Source: an uncultured Armatimonadetes bacterium (GTDB taxonomy: Bacteria; Armatimonadota; Hebobacteria; Hebobacterales; Hebobacteraceae). Taken from it: a stretch of 64,000 nucleotides of DNA. The position numbers and the translations under genes were made by a program. Positions 18,996 to 27,765 of this stretch are shown here, in pieces. The notes beneath the pieces were generated by a model. That model made no database searches. It had not been told where the DNA came from and saw only the letters and a list, made by a program, of their open reading frames with translations. The stretch lies in assembly GCA_963716175.1 (NCBI GenBank), contig OY970296.1, positions 896,001-960,000 of the forward strand. The letters run 5' to 3'. Numbering within the stretch: position 1 is the first letter of the stretch; every line of letters begins with the position of its first letter.

Positions 18996-21899
18996 ATGAA
19001 GCGTAGTCTGCGCGCCGCGCTGCTGCTCTCTGTCTTGGTGCTGGCCGGGTGCGCGCGGCCCGCCAACAGGGAGCAGGCCAAGGCCCTGGCGAGCTGGCTG
19101 GGATCACAGTCGTATTCCACCTGGAGCACCTTCTACTCCCGCGACCGCACCCCTCATCAGCCGGCCAGCCCCGACGGCCTCACCCTGGGAAGTCCGAACG
19201 TGTTCGCCGCCGTCGGCTGCAATCCGAAAGACCTCATGTCCCTCGACGTGCTGTGGGGCGATCGGCGCACCGTGCGGCCTCTGGCCAAGCCCATGACGGT
19301 GGCCGTGAAGGAGGGAGATCGCGAGCAGCCCGTCGCCGACTTTGCCGAGCAGACGCTGCGCCGCCTTCGGCATACCTCCATCGCGGTGTCACAGGCCGAA
19401 GACCAGGGGCTGCGCGTCACCTGTGTGTCCTTCGCGCCCAGGCCGTCGGAGGACAGTTTCCTGGCGCGATGGTTCCTGGTAGAGAACACCGGCCATGCGC
19501 CGCGCCGGCCCAGCCTGAAGCTCAAGCTGGGCGCAGCCGGGGAGTGGAGGCGCCAAGAGGCAGGAGTATGGGTCAAGCAGAGCCTGGCCCTCGTCTCCGA
19601 CACCAGGTTGCTCTCCTCCGGCGACGACCTGGAGGCAGTGATGGGGCGCCTGCGGCCGGGCGAGAGAGCCGCGGCCGCACTGCTCCTGGTCGCCGCAAAG
19701 GAGACCTCGCGCCTGACCCAGCAGGTGGCCCGGGCCAAGACCGAACTCACCCGCCTGCTGCCTCTGCTGGAGGAGACCAGGTCCGACTGGGAAGCCTGGT
19801 GCGCCAAGACGCCCCTGAACACTGGTGACGAGCGGACAGACGACCTGCTGGACTCGCTGCTCTGCCTGGTGCGCAGCCATGTGGGGCCGGAGGCCATCCA
19901 CACCGGGTCCCTCCGCTACCCGCACAACCGCGCCTGGGTGCGGGACAGCTACTGGGTCCAGCGCGCGCTCTGGGAGCTGGGCCGCAACGATGAGGCGCGG
20001 CTAAGCCTGGATTTCTTCCATCGCGCCTGGCGCACCTCAGGCCTCGCCTCCTACTACGAGATTCCGAGCGGGCGCTCTACTGCCTACGGCTACGGCGGGG
20101 TCGAGCTGCCCCATTACTTCGTGCTCATGGTGCGGGACGCGGAGGAGTTGGGCGGGGCGGAGGGGTTAGCCTACTGGGATATGGTGCAGGGGTGCCTGGA
20201 CAAGGCGGAGGTCCCAGCCAGTGGTCTCCAGCCCATGAACGGCGACGAGACCTGGCTGCTGGCGGCGCCGGTGCGGGAGCTGGACGATCTGCTCGATAAC
20301 TCCTGGCTCTTGATCGCCTCCGCGGAGTATGGCGCCAGGCTGGCGGAACGCGCCGGAGACCCAGCGCGCGCCGCCCGCTACGGGGCCATGGCCTATCGGG
20401 CGCGGCTCGCCCTCACCAGGTTCCAGCCCGGGACCGGTGAGCCGGCCTGGTATGGCATCGGGCTCGGAGGCGATGGTTCGCTCGACTTCTCCCTCTGCCC
20501 CGGCGTGTACGCCCGCGGCGTGGTGCTCGATGTGCTCCCCCCCAGTGATTCCTACTTGCAGGCCGGGCTGATCGCTAGCTGGCAGCGGCTCCAATACGAC
20601 CGCGGCCTGCGGGCCCATTCCCGCAGCGCCACCATTGACGGCGGAACCCCCGGGTATGTGCTCTGGGCCGCGGCCCGCATGGAGTTGCCCCTGGACCGCG
20701 ACCTGCTCGCTCGCCTGCCCAGGTTCTGCTCCGCCACGGGAAATGTGTGGGAGTTCCACGACCTCTACGACCCGGCCTGGGGTGGCGAGAAACGCCGGCT
20801 CTGGGATTCCGCCGTGGTGCTGATGGGGATGGCGCACTCACTCTTCGACCTGAGGCGGGAGGCCGGAAGACTTGATGTCTTTCCCAGGCCTGTCGCGCAG
20901 CCCCAGCCCGAGGAAGCGGCGCCATCCGTGTTCGACGCCAAAGCCGCGGAGGCGCTGCTCGCGAGCGCGGGGCCCGCGCTCATCCTGCATGATCACTCTC
21001 CCGACCACGCGGCCCGGGTAGCGCGAGCGCTGCTCCGCCAGAGGAACAAGCAGTACGCCATTGGGGCCTACGCAGGCGAGCCGCCCAGTGATCACTCGGC
21101 GCTGATCATCTCGCCCAATCTCCCGCCCGCGGGATGGACCGCGGCTGCGGGCTACTGGGTGCGCAGCTGGGAGGGGCCGCCTCAACTCTGGGTTCGCAAC
21201 GGCGGGGATGTCTACCTGGACACCGATCCCCTGCTCTTCGATCTGCTCTCTTACCTCCCCCCACAGCGGGACAAGCCGCTCCCGTTCCCAGACGCCAACT
21301 TCGATCTCGTGGCGCGATACGGCGAAGCGCCCTCCGGGGAGGCCGAGGTCACGGCCATCTCCACATCGCAGAGCGCCTCCGGTCACCTCAACCTGGCCGG
21401 CGACCGGCTCTCGCTCAAGCCGGCGGACACGGCCTTCGACGTGCGCGTGGAGTCGGCGCCAGGCAACCTGCTCAAGCTCACCGTGATTGCCCCCGCGGCG
21501 CGCGCCGAGGCGGCCGAGATCACGGTCACGCTGCCAGAGGGGTGGTGGCTGGTCTTCGCCCGCGACATGACCGGCAAGTGGGACCACGTGAACGACCCGG
21601 TGGCCGAGTATCGCCTGCCCGGCGGCGAGATCAAGCTGACCTACCACTTCCGCCCCAGCGCCGACTCCCTCAGCCTCACCTTCGACCTGGCCAGGCTGAA
21701 GACTGTAGGGCGGGTATCCGCTGAAGCTTCGGCGAAGGCGGATGCCCGCCGGCCGTATCCGCACCAGACACGCAGCGCGAGGAGCAGCTACATGGCCGAG
21801 CGGCGGGCATGCTCTTCGATTCCGCTCAGGGTAAACTCCGACATGCCCGCCCTACAAGAACGGCCCGTGGGGTGCAGCCGCGCCTGCCCTTACGGGTAA
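18996..21899 (+). CDS. Large lipoprotein with a GH15-like (alpha/alpha)6 glycosidase-type domain
   Basis: Lipobox LAGC after a signal peptide; YPHNRAWVRDSYW resembles the GH15/GH63-type WxRD motif. The last ~65 codons run through a REP pair and may be artefactual. Confidence 0.6.
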   Translation: MKRSLRAALLLSVLVLAGCARPANREQAKALASWLGSQSYSTWSTFYSRDRTPHQPASPDGLTLGSPNVFAAVGCNPKDLMSLDVLWGDRRTVRPLAKPMTVAVKEGDREQPVADFAEQTLRRLRHTSIAVSQAEDQGLRVTCVSFAPRPSEDSFLARWFLVENTGHAPRRPSLKLKLGAAGEWRRQEAGVWVKQSLALVSDTRLLSSGDDLEAVMGRLRPGERAAAALLLVAAKETSRLTQQVARAKTELTRLLPLLEETRSDWEAWCAKTPLNTGDERTDDLLDSLLCLVRSHVGPEAIHTGSLRYPHNRAWVRDSYWVQRALWELGRNDEARLSLDFFHRAWRTSGLASYYEIPSGRSTAYGYGGVELPHYFVLMVRDAEELGGAEGLAYWDMVQGCLDKAEVPASGLQPMNGDETWLLAAPVRELDDLLDNSWLLIASAEYGARLAERAGDPARAARYGAMAYRARLALTRFQPGTGEPAWYGIGLGGDGSLDFSLCPGVYARGVVLDVLPPSDSYLQAGLIASWQRLQYDRGLRAHSRSATIDGGTPGYVLWAAARMELPLDRDLLARLPRFCSATGNVWEFHDLYDPAWGGEKRRLWDSAVVLMGMAHSLFDLRREAGRLDVFPRPVAQPQPEEAAPSVFDAKAAEALLASAGPALILHDHSPDHAARVARALLRQRNKQYAIGAYAGEPPSDHSALIISPNLPPAGWTAAAGYWVRSWEGPPQLWVRNGGDVYLDTDPLLFDLLSYLPPQRDKPLPFPDANFDLVARYGEAPSGEAEVTAISTSQSASGHLNLAGDRLSLKPADTAFDVRVESAPGNLLKLTVIAPAARAEAAEITVTLPEGWWLVFARDMTGKWDHVNDPVAEYRLPGGEIKLTYHFRPSADSLSLTFDLARLKTVGRVSAEASAKADARRPYPHQTRSARSSYMAERRACSSIPLRVNSDMPALQERPVGCSRACPYG
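21705..21855. repeat. Inverted pair of GTAG REP palindromes (REPIN-like) with nested hairpin repeats
   Basis: GTAGGGCGGGTATCCG...CGGATGCCCGCC and CGGCGGGCATG...CATGCCCGCCCTAC. Confidence 0.7.
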
Positions 21900-22951
21900 A
21901 CCCCCCACTCGCGCACCAGCTCCACCACTCTCGCGTATCTCTGGAAGCTCACCTGCGTCGGGATGGAGTGATCGGAATGGAAGACGTAGCCCCCTGGATT
22001 CGACATGCCAATCGCTAGCTTGGACCGCACCTCCTGCTCCATCTCCGCCTCGTCGGCCCAGAAGGTGCGCACATCCACCCCGCCCATGAAGCAGAGGTCT
22101 CGCCCGTACTCGCGCACCAGCTCCGTCAGGTCCATCCCCGCCTTCACCTCCAGCGGCTGTAGACAGTCGAACCCGGCCTCGATCAACATGGGCACGATGC
22201 CACTCACTCGGCCGCAGGAATGCAGCACCACCGGCCACCCCTGCTGGTGGAAGAAAGCGTTGAGCTGCTTGTGATAGGGGAAGAGCTGCTCTCGATAGGC
22301 GCGCGGTGAGAACAGCAGGGCATTGCGGTAGCCGAGGTCGTCCCACAGCCAGGCGCCGTCGAAATCGAGCCCCTGCTCCAGGTAGAGCTTCGTGAGCCCG
22401 ATGATCATCTCGGCGTCATAGGCGTACATCTCCTTCACCCACTCCGGCTCCTCGGCAATCGCCATCAGCAGCGCCTCCGGCCCCATCTTGCGCCAGGTGG
22501 CTTCGTACCCGGGGACGGCACCCAGGCAGATGTACTTGCCCTGCCGCCGGCAGTGAGCGTGGCTCTCCTTCACCTCCTTCCAGTCTATCCGGCTGGGGTC
22601 CGGCTTCAGGCGGCCCTTCAGCGCGTCCCAGTCGGCGCGGGTCTTGATCGGGAAATCCAGCAGCTCGGGGGTGGAGCGATGGTCCAGCCAGTTCCTCGTC
22701 AGGTCCCCCCATTGGTCACGCTCGATCACGTACTCGTCAGTGCGCTCGATCACCTCTGTCGGCAAGCCGAAGGAGTTATCAACTCCGAGGACACAGATTT
22801 CCAGTCCGAAGTAATCGTCGGGGGAGGCCCCGGCCGGCAGGCCCTCCCGATGCCAGCGATTTGCCGTCGCCTCCCAGAACGACTCGTGGATCGGCACCCG
22901 GTCCGGCTGCTGATGATGCAAGGCCTTGGCGACGCGCTCGCGTGAGGTCAT
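21890..22951 (-). CDS. Uroporphyrinogen decarboxylase/MtaA-like family protein
   Basis: MTSRERVAKALHHQQPDRVP, DDLGYR, HSCG, QPLEVKAGMD, FMGGVD, GGYVFHSDHSIP. Confidence 0.9.
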   Translation of the reverse strand: MTSRERVAKALHHQQPDRVPIHESFWEATANRWHREGLPAGASPDDYFGLEICVLGVDNSFGLPTEVIERTDEYVIERDQWGDLTRNWLDHRSTPELLDFPIKTRADWDALKGRLKPDPSRIDWKEVKESHAHCRRQGKYICLGAVPGYEATWRKMGPEALLMAIAEEPEWVKEMYAYDAEMIIGLTKLYLEQGLDFDGAWLWDDLGYRNALLFSPRAYREQLFPYHKQLNAFFHQQGWPVVLHSCGRVSGIVPMLIEAGFDCLQPLEVKAGMDLTELVREYGRDLCFMGGVDVRTFWADEAEMEQEVRSKLAIGMSNPGGYVFHSDHSIPTQVSFQRYARVVELVREWGVYP

Positions 22952-22992
22952 CCCAATCCTCCGTCTCGTGGGGTAGGTTTCCGGGCTATCGC

Positions 22993-23809
22993 CTACTCTA
23001 TCCCCAGCCAGCGCAGCGCGTTCGTGCTCAGCACCCGCTCGATCGTCTCCGATGACCGCGCTGGCCTCCCGCAGCATGCTGCGCTCCTCCTGCAAGCTCT
23101 CTCGCAGCCCCTCCCCATTGTCCGTGGCCACGCAGTCGCTGCCATAGACCAACTGCTTGTCGCCGAGATAGGCGAAGGCCTTGCGCAGGGCGTCCACCTT
23201 CCAGATGCGGGGCGCGCCGCTGGTGGTGTCGGCGAAGCTCTGCCACTCCGACTTGTAGCCGCTCGCCGCTCGAAACTTCCCGCACACCGCGAAGCACTCA
23301 TCCGTCCAGGGCCAGCTCATGTGCGCCATGGCGAATCGGATCTTGGGATAGTGCAGCATGATCTCGAAGAAGGCCGGCCGGCAGTGCTGGGAGGTGTCGC
23401 TGGTCCCCCACAGGATTCCGGTGTGAAAGAGCATGGGTTTCTCGTACTCCTGGATCTTGGCGTAGCAGGCCTGCGCCCGCTCGTCCGCCGGATACCAGTG
23501 GTTGGGGATCATCTTCACCCCGCGCAGTTTCTTCTTGTCCAGGGCGTAGTCCACCGCCTCCACCGCGTCCGGCAGCGTCGGCTCGATCCAGGCGAAGCCG
23601 ATCAGCCGCTCGGGATCGGGCTTGACCAGGGCGGCGATCTGGTCCAGCACCTTCTTGTGGGCGTTCTTCGCCGGCTTCCCGGCCTGCTGGGCCCGATGCG
23701 GCGGGACCGAGAACAGCACTACCCGGTCCAGCCCCGCCTTGTCCAAGGCCTTCAGGATCTTGTCGCCATCCTCGGTCCCTCTGGTGTGCACGTGCACGTC
23801 AATCGCCAT
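22993..23809 (-). CDS. Amidohydrolase_2 family protein (frameshift near 23056)
   Basis: IDVHVH, LFHTG, MAHM, YGSD; RBS GAGGAG. The natural end ETIERVLSTNALRWLGIE* lies in another frame; one extra base fuses it to the URO-D gene in the ORF track. Confidence 0.8.
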
Positions 23810-23819
23810 TCTCTCCTCC

Positions 23820-24263
23820 TCACTTGGTCTCGATCTCCAGCTCTCCTGCGGCTGCCTGCTCATAGCGCGCCCACCGCATCGCCAGATGCAGCCCGTGGAT
23901 GAGGCAGAGCAGGTAGAACAAAGCGCTCCAGGCGGCCTGCCCCAGCAAGGTGAGCACCAGCCCATACACCGCGAAGCTTGCGCCGAAGGCTGCGGTGACG
24001 ATGGCGGCGGTGGCGGCTCCGGGCCCGTTCCTGCCTCGGACCGCCTGCGTCAACCCGAGCCGTTCCAGGAAGAGCGAGATCCCGTACTCGCTGATCGCGA
24101 GCAGCAGCAGCACCCGGGGGAGCAGGCGCCCCACCTCCGGCGGCCCGATCGGCTGCACCGGAATCAGCCGGCCCACCAGAGGGAATAGCACCAGGCAAGA
24201 GGTGTAGATCAGAATGACGATCCAGCGCACCCGATCCAGCCCGCCTGCGGACTCTTGCTCCAT
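23820..24263 (-). CDS. Hypothetical membrane protein (about 4 TM)
   Basis: Hydrophobic helices, host-like codon usage, tight spacing to the amidohydrolase RBS. Confidence 0.7.
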   Translation of the reverse strand: MEQESAGGLDRVRWIVILIYTSCLVLFPLVGRLIPVQPIGPPEVGRLLPRVLLLLAISEYGISLFLERLGLTQAVRGRNGPGAATAAIVTAAFGASFAVYGLVLTLLGQAAWSALFYLLCLIHGLHLAMRWARYEQAAAGELEIETK

Positions 24264-24288
24264 GCAGACCCTCTCGCCCGAAACGCTG

Positions 24289-24384
24289 CTAGCCGAGTTT
24301 CTGCAACTCAAGCAGTAGCCCTTCCACCAACACGAATCTCCCCAGCGGCCGCACCTCCACCCCGGCCGGGAAGCTGCGCTGGAA
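24289..24384 (-). repeat. Duplicated 3' end of the ATPase gene 27108-27764
   Basis: Encodes FQRSFPAGVEVRPLGRFVLVEGLLLELQKLG*, versus FQRSFPAGVEVLPLGRFVLVEGLRTELGKLGR* at 27108-27206. Confidence 0.9.
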
Positions 24385-24454
24385 CGCGAAACCCACTCAT
24401 CTGCGAGAGATGAACGCAATGGCTACTCCGAGCCAGGGTCCTCAGGGACAGGGT

Positions 24455-26998
24455 CTAAGATGAACCGGGAGCGGCAAGCTGCTCGTCCAATCTCCGCAGA
24501 CTTCGCTCGATGGCGTGCTTCCGGTACCCAGGCCCCGCCAGAACCAAGGCCCGCTCCATATGGGCCCTGGCCTCCGGGAGCTTCCCGGTGACCCAGAGGG
24601 CCCACGCCAGGCCATGGTCTGCATCCATATCCGTAGGGTCGTCCTTGAGGACAGTACTGAAATAGGAAATCGCGGCTTCGGGCGACTCTCGGAAGAGGTC
24701 CAGGGCTGATTGCAGATGGGGGTAATGGAGCGCTAGGCGCAGTGCCTGATCGGTTCGGCCAGTTCTGCGGAAGGACTGAATGGCGCGTCCCACAGGTCCC
24801 GAAGGATGGTAACGACGCTGAAGGTACCATCGCGCGATGTCGTCGGCCGAGACAGAGGCCAGATCCTTGTCAAAGAGCGCCGTATACGCGGCCTCACACC
24901 GCACGATCCCTAACTCCTCCATACCTTCGATCTCCCTCTTCGCCGTCTCGTAGGACGGAGCCAGCCGAACCAGGGCGCTGTAATCGAAGCGCTTGGGCTC
25001 AAGCCCCATGGAACGCATCAGACGTAGCGTAGCATCTACTGCACCATAGTTGTCTGCTTTCATGGCCGCGAAGGTGTAGGAGCCAGCATCTGGCTCAGTG
25101 CCAGCGGCGCGCATTTCGCCAATGACAGCCAGTGCCGTCTTGTAGTCTGGGGCGCTACGTATCAGGCTGTTGTACATGGCAAGGGTGGGTTCCAGACCGG
25201 CGCCGCGGGCTTCATCCAGCAGCATCGCGCCTGTCGGATAATCTGGAGTCCGTTTCATGAGGAACTCATATTCGCCGGTGTCCAGTTTGAGGCCCCTGGC
25301 GCGCAACCAGCGCGCGGCTTTCACTGCTTCATCGGGGTCGCGGGCTGTCCAGAGGAGCTCTTTGCAAACGGCAACTGGGAGTCCCACGCCGCGGCTCAGG
25401 AGGTCTTCAGCGAGATGCTGGCCTGCCTCTAGGTTGGGCGCGTGACGTAGCACCGCCCGAGAGCAAGCTGAGCTGGGTGCAACGCCCTTGTCGCACATCG
25501 TCCGCAGCACAGCTGCGGCCGCCTCGTAGTCATCCGCCCTTTCAACCACAGCCTCATAGATAGCCCTATCGGGCTCGACCCCTTGCGCCTGCATATCCTG
25601 CAGCAAGGCTACGGCAGCCGTGTAGTCAGGAGCCTTGCCGGATAGCAGCCTGTACGTGTAGCGGTCCAAGCGTAGTCCGTGGGCCTTCATACTCGTTGCC
25701 AGAGATTGGGCAGAAGCATAGTCGGGCGCCCTCGCGATGAGCGTACGGTAGGTGTTCGCATCCGGCCTCACCCCCTCGCGGTGCATCTCCTCCAGCACCT
25801 TCAGCCCAGTGCCGAAGAGCGAGATGCGCCGGAGCACAAGGTTGCACGCGTCGACCTCTGCCTGTTCCCCGGACGGGCGCACTATCTCCAGGAGGTTGGC
25901 TAGTCTCTCGTACCGAACTGCGGTTCGACAAAGCAGATTGACAGTAACTCGGTCCGGGCTTACGCCTTGAGCGCGCATCTCGCCGAGCAATGCCCCTTCC
26001 GCTATCGTGTCTCCGGCCCTCGCAATCAGCACATTGTAGGTACCGACGTTGCGGCCAATCCCCGCCTTGCTCATCTCCGCGAGCAACTTCGTCCTCTCGT
26101 CCGAACCCGGAGCTTTCGCGATGAGGGCGTTGTAGGTAGTGACGTCAGATGGGATGCCTGCGTCGTTCATCGTGCGCTGGATGCGGCGCGCAGTGTCATA
26201 ATCGATCTGGCTTGCGAGCAGCCGAGACCATCGCTCTGTCAGGCTGGCAGCGTCAAGAACTGGACCTCTTGCCCCAGCCCTAAGACTATCAGATGCCCGT
26301 TCGGCGGCGCGCGAGGCCTCCTCTGTCTGGCCCAAAGCAGCCAATGTGTTTACGAAATGCTCTGGCGAATCGGAACCGACACTGGCTTCCGCCTTCAGAG
26401 GGCCGAGCACGTGGAGGGGAAACTCCTCCTCCCCTTTCGCCTCAGCCCTGCCACTCGCCGTGTGCGGCGTCTTCTTTGCACTGACGTGGAAATCGCGGAA
26501 CACGAACTCCCGAATGGGCTCCCCGATGAGTATCTCATCCGGGCAGCATGACTTCGACGCTCGCACTGCTCGACGAGCGCTGTCGCCCACATAGTCAGGC
26601 CTGTCGTCGGGCAAAGTGACCGGTATGTCTCTGCCCGAGCATATTGCAAGCCGGAGCGGGGGTATCTTAGACTCGGACAGTCTTGTCTCACGGGCCATCT
26701 CCTTCCGGAACTTTCCCTGCATGATTAAGGCGAGGCAGCAAAGGACCGGGATGTCGGTCTGCTCTTCCGTCATGACAAGCCAGCCATCTCCCGTGAATTT
26801 CAAGAGAGCCTGGCTCAGCCCTAGCCTCTCCAGATAAGGCCTGATCTGTTTGACTAGCGCTGCATTGAAACGGTCAAGCTGGAGTGTAGTCAGTTCTAGG
26901 CCAGACGCGGTCGACCCCACGAGGTCTATGGCCAGGCAATACACCCCGCGGGGCGCTTCAGGCTCTTGCGACAGCTCTTCGCCGTCAGAATGGGCCAT
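24455..26998 (-). CDS. Class III nucleotide cyclase domain + 14 PPR-like repeats + TPR-like C-terminus
   Basis: IDLVGST, KFTGDGW, LRLAICSG, DYVGDSARRAVR, EILIGE; 32-aa repeats such as VTTYNALIAKAPGSDERTKLLAEMSKAGIGRN; RBS AGGGTGG. Confidence 0.85.
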   Translation of the reverse strand: MAHSDGEELSQEPEAPRGVYCLAIDLVGSTASGLELTTLQLDRFNAALVKQIRPYLERLGLSQALLKFTGDGWLVMTEEQTDIPVLCCLALIMQGKFRKEMARETRLSESKIPPLRLAICSGRDIPVTLPDDRPDYVGDSARRAVRASKSCCPDEILIGEPIREFVFRDFHVSAKKTPHTASGRAEAKGEEEFPLHVLGPLKAEASVGSDSPEHFVNTLAALGQTEEASRAAERASDSLRAGARGPVLDAASLTERWSRLLASQIDYDTARRIQRTMNDAGIPSDVTTYNALIAKAPGSDERTKLLAEMSKAGIGRNVGTYNVLIARAGDTIAEGALLGEMRAQGVSPDRVTVNLLCRTAVRYERLANLLEIVRPSGEQAEVDACNLVLRRISLFGTGLKVLEEMHREGVRPDANTYRTLIARAPDYASAQSLATSMKAHGLRLDRYTYRLLSGKAPDYTAAVALLQDMQAQGVEPDRAIYEAVVERADDYEAAAAVLRTMCDKGVAPSSACSRAVLRHAPNLEAGQHLAEDLLSRGVGLPVAVCKELLWTARDPDEAVKAARWLRARGLKLDTGEYEFLMKRTPDYPTGAMLLDEARGAGLEPTLAMYNSLIRSAPDYKTALAVIGEMRAAGTEPDAGSYTFAAMKADNYGAVDATLRLMRSMGLEPKRFDYSALVRLAPSYETAKREIEGMEELGIVRCEAAYTALFDKDLASVSADDIARWYLQRRYHPSGPVGRAIQSFRRTGRTDQALRLALHYPHLQSALDLFRESPEAAISYFSTVLKDDPTDMDADHGLAWALWVTGKLPEARAHMERALVLAGPGYRKHAIERSLRRLDEQLAAPGSS

Positions 26999-27107
26999 CC
27001 CACCTTACCTATGCCGTCTGAGGGCCGTTGCACGCACGGAGAGGGTCACGGCGAAGCGAGCATCCTGAGCGGACGGTCTGTCCCGCCCCCAGGCAGCATC
27101 CTCAGCG

Positions 27108-27764
27108 TTATCTACCCAGTTTCCCCAGCTCGGTCCTGAGCCCTTCCACCAACACGAATCTGCCCAGCGGAAGCACCTCCACCCCGGCCGGGAAGCTGCG
27201 CTGGAAGAGCCGATTCTCGCACATGCCGCCGGAGAGGTACAAGCAGGAGCGCGAGCCCGCGAAGCGGTGAGCATTGAGCGCAATGCCCCGGGCGAAGCGC
27301 GCCACCGCCTCTGCCTCCGAAACTCCTTGCGCCACCAGCTCGAAGAGCTGCTCCATCCCCAGCACGCCGCAGGTGACCGGCACCGATTTCTCGGCGGGTT
27401 CGATGGCCCCATAGTCAAGGTCATAGTAGCTTCCGAGCAGCTCCAACGTGAACCCCGTGAGCGCGCCGCAAGTGCTGGTCCAATCCATCGCCACCAGCTC
27501 GCCGTGGCGCAGGTGGATGTACTTCACATCCCGGGAGCCCACGTCGAGCAGCAGGAACTCCGGCTCCGCGATCAGCCGTTGCCCGCCCTGGGCGAGCGCG
27601 ATCAGCTCGTTGATATGGCGCGGCGCGCGGCGGCGGGCATTGTGGCCGGTCGCCAGATCGGCGGTGATCTCGCGCGCCTCCCTGGTGCGCAGCACCCGCC
27701 GCTCCCCGGTCTCGGTGTCAAGCAGCTTAGTCCAGGTAGTGCCGAAGTCACCCAGCACAGCCAT
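27108..27764 (-). CDS. ASKHA ATPase, BadF/BcrA/HgdC (dehydratase activator)-like
   Basis: GDFGTTWTK, ATGH, NELIALAQG, LDVGSRDVK, CGALTG, TCGVLG, LSGG. Confidence 0.8.
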   Translation of the reverse strand: MAVLGDFGTTWTKLLDTETGERRVLRTREAREITADLATGHNARRRAPRHINELIALAQGGQRLIAEPEFLLLDVGSRDVKYIHLRHGELVAMDWTSTCGALTGFTLELLGSYYDLDYGAIEPAEKSVPVTCGVLGMEQLFELVAQGVSEAEAVARFARGIALNAHRFAGSRSCLYLSGGMCENRLFQRSFPAGVEVLPLGRFVLVEGLRTELGKLGR

Positions 27765-27765
27765 C

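Noticed and set aside
21890-22951. UROD-family genes as hemE (also 51886-52890)
   Set aside because: They have the MtaA/CmuA-like HSxG pattern of the expanded uncharacterised subfamily and no heme-pathway context.
21890-23965. 691-aa amidohydrolase-UROD fusion in the ORF track
   Set aside because: The amidohydrolase's natural C-terminus and stop are in another frame and the UROD gene has its own typical start; one extra base explains the fusion.
23820-24263. Membrane protein as a Pycsar-type effector of the cyclase
   Set aside because: It lies outside the duplicated boundary, has host-like codon usage and shows no recognisable cyclic-nucleotide-binding domain.
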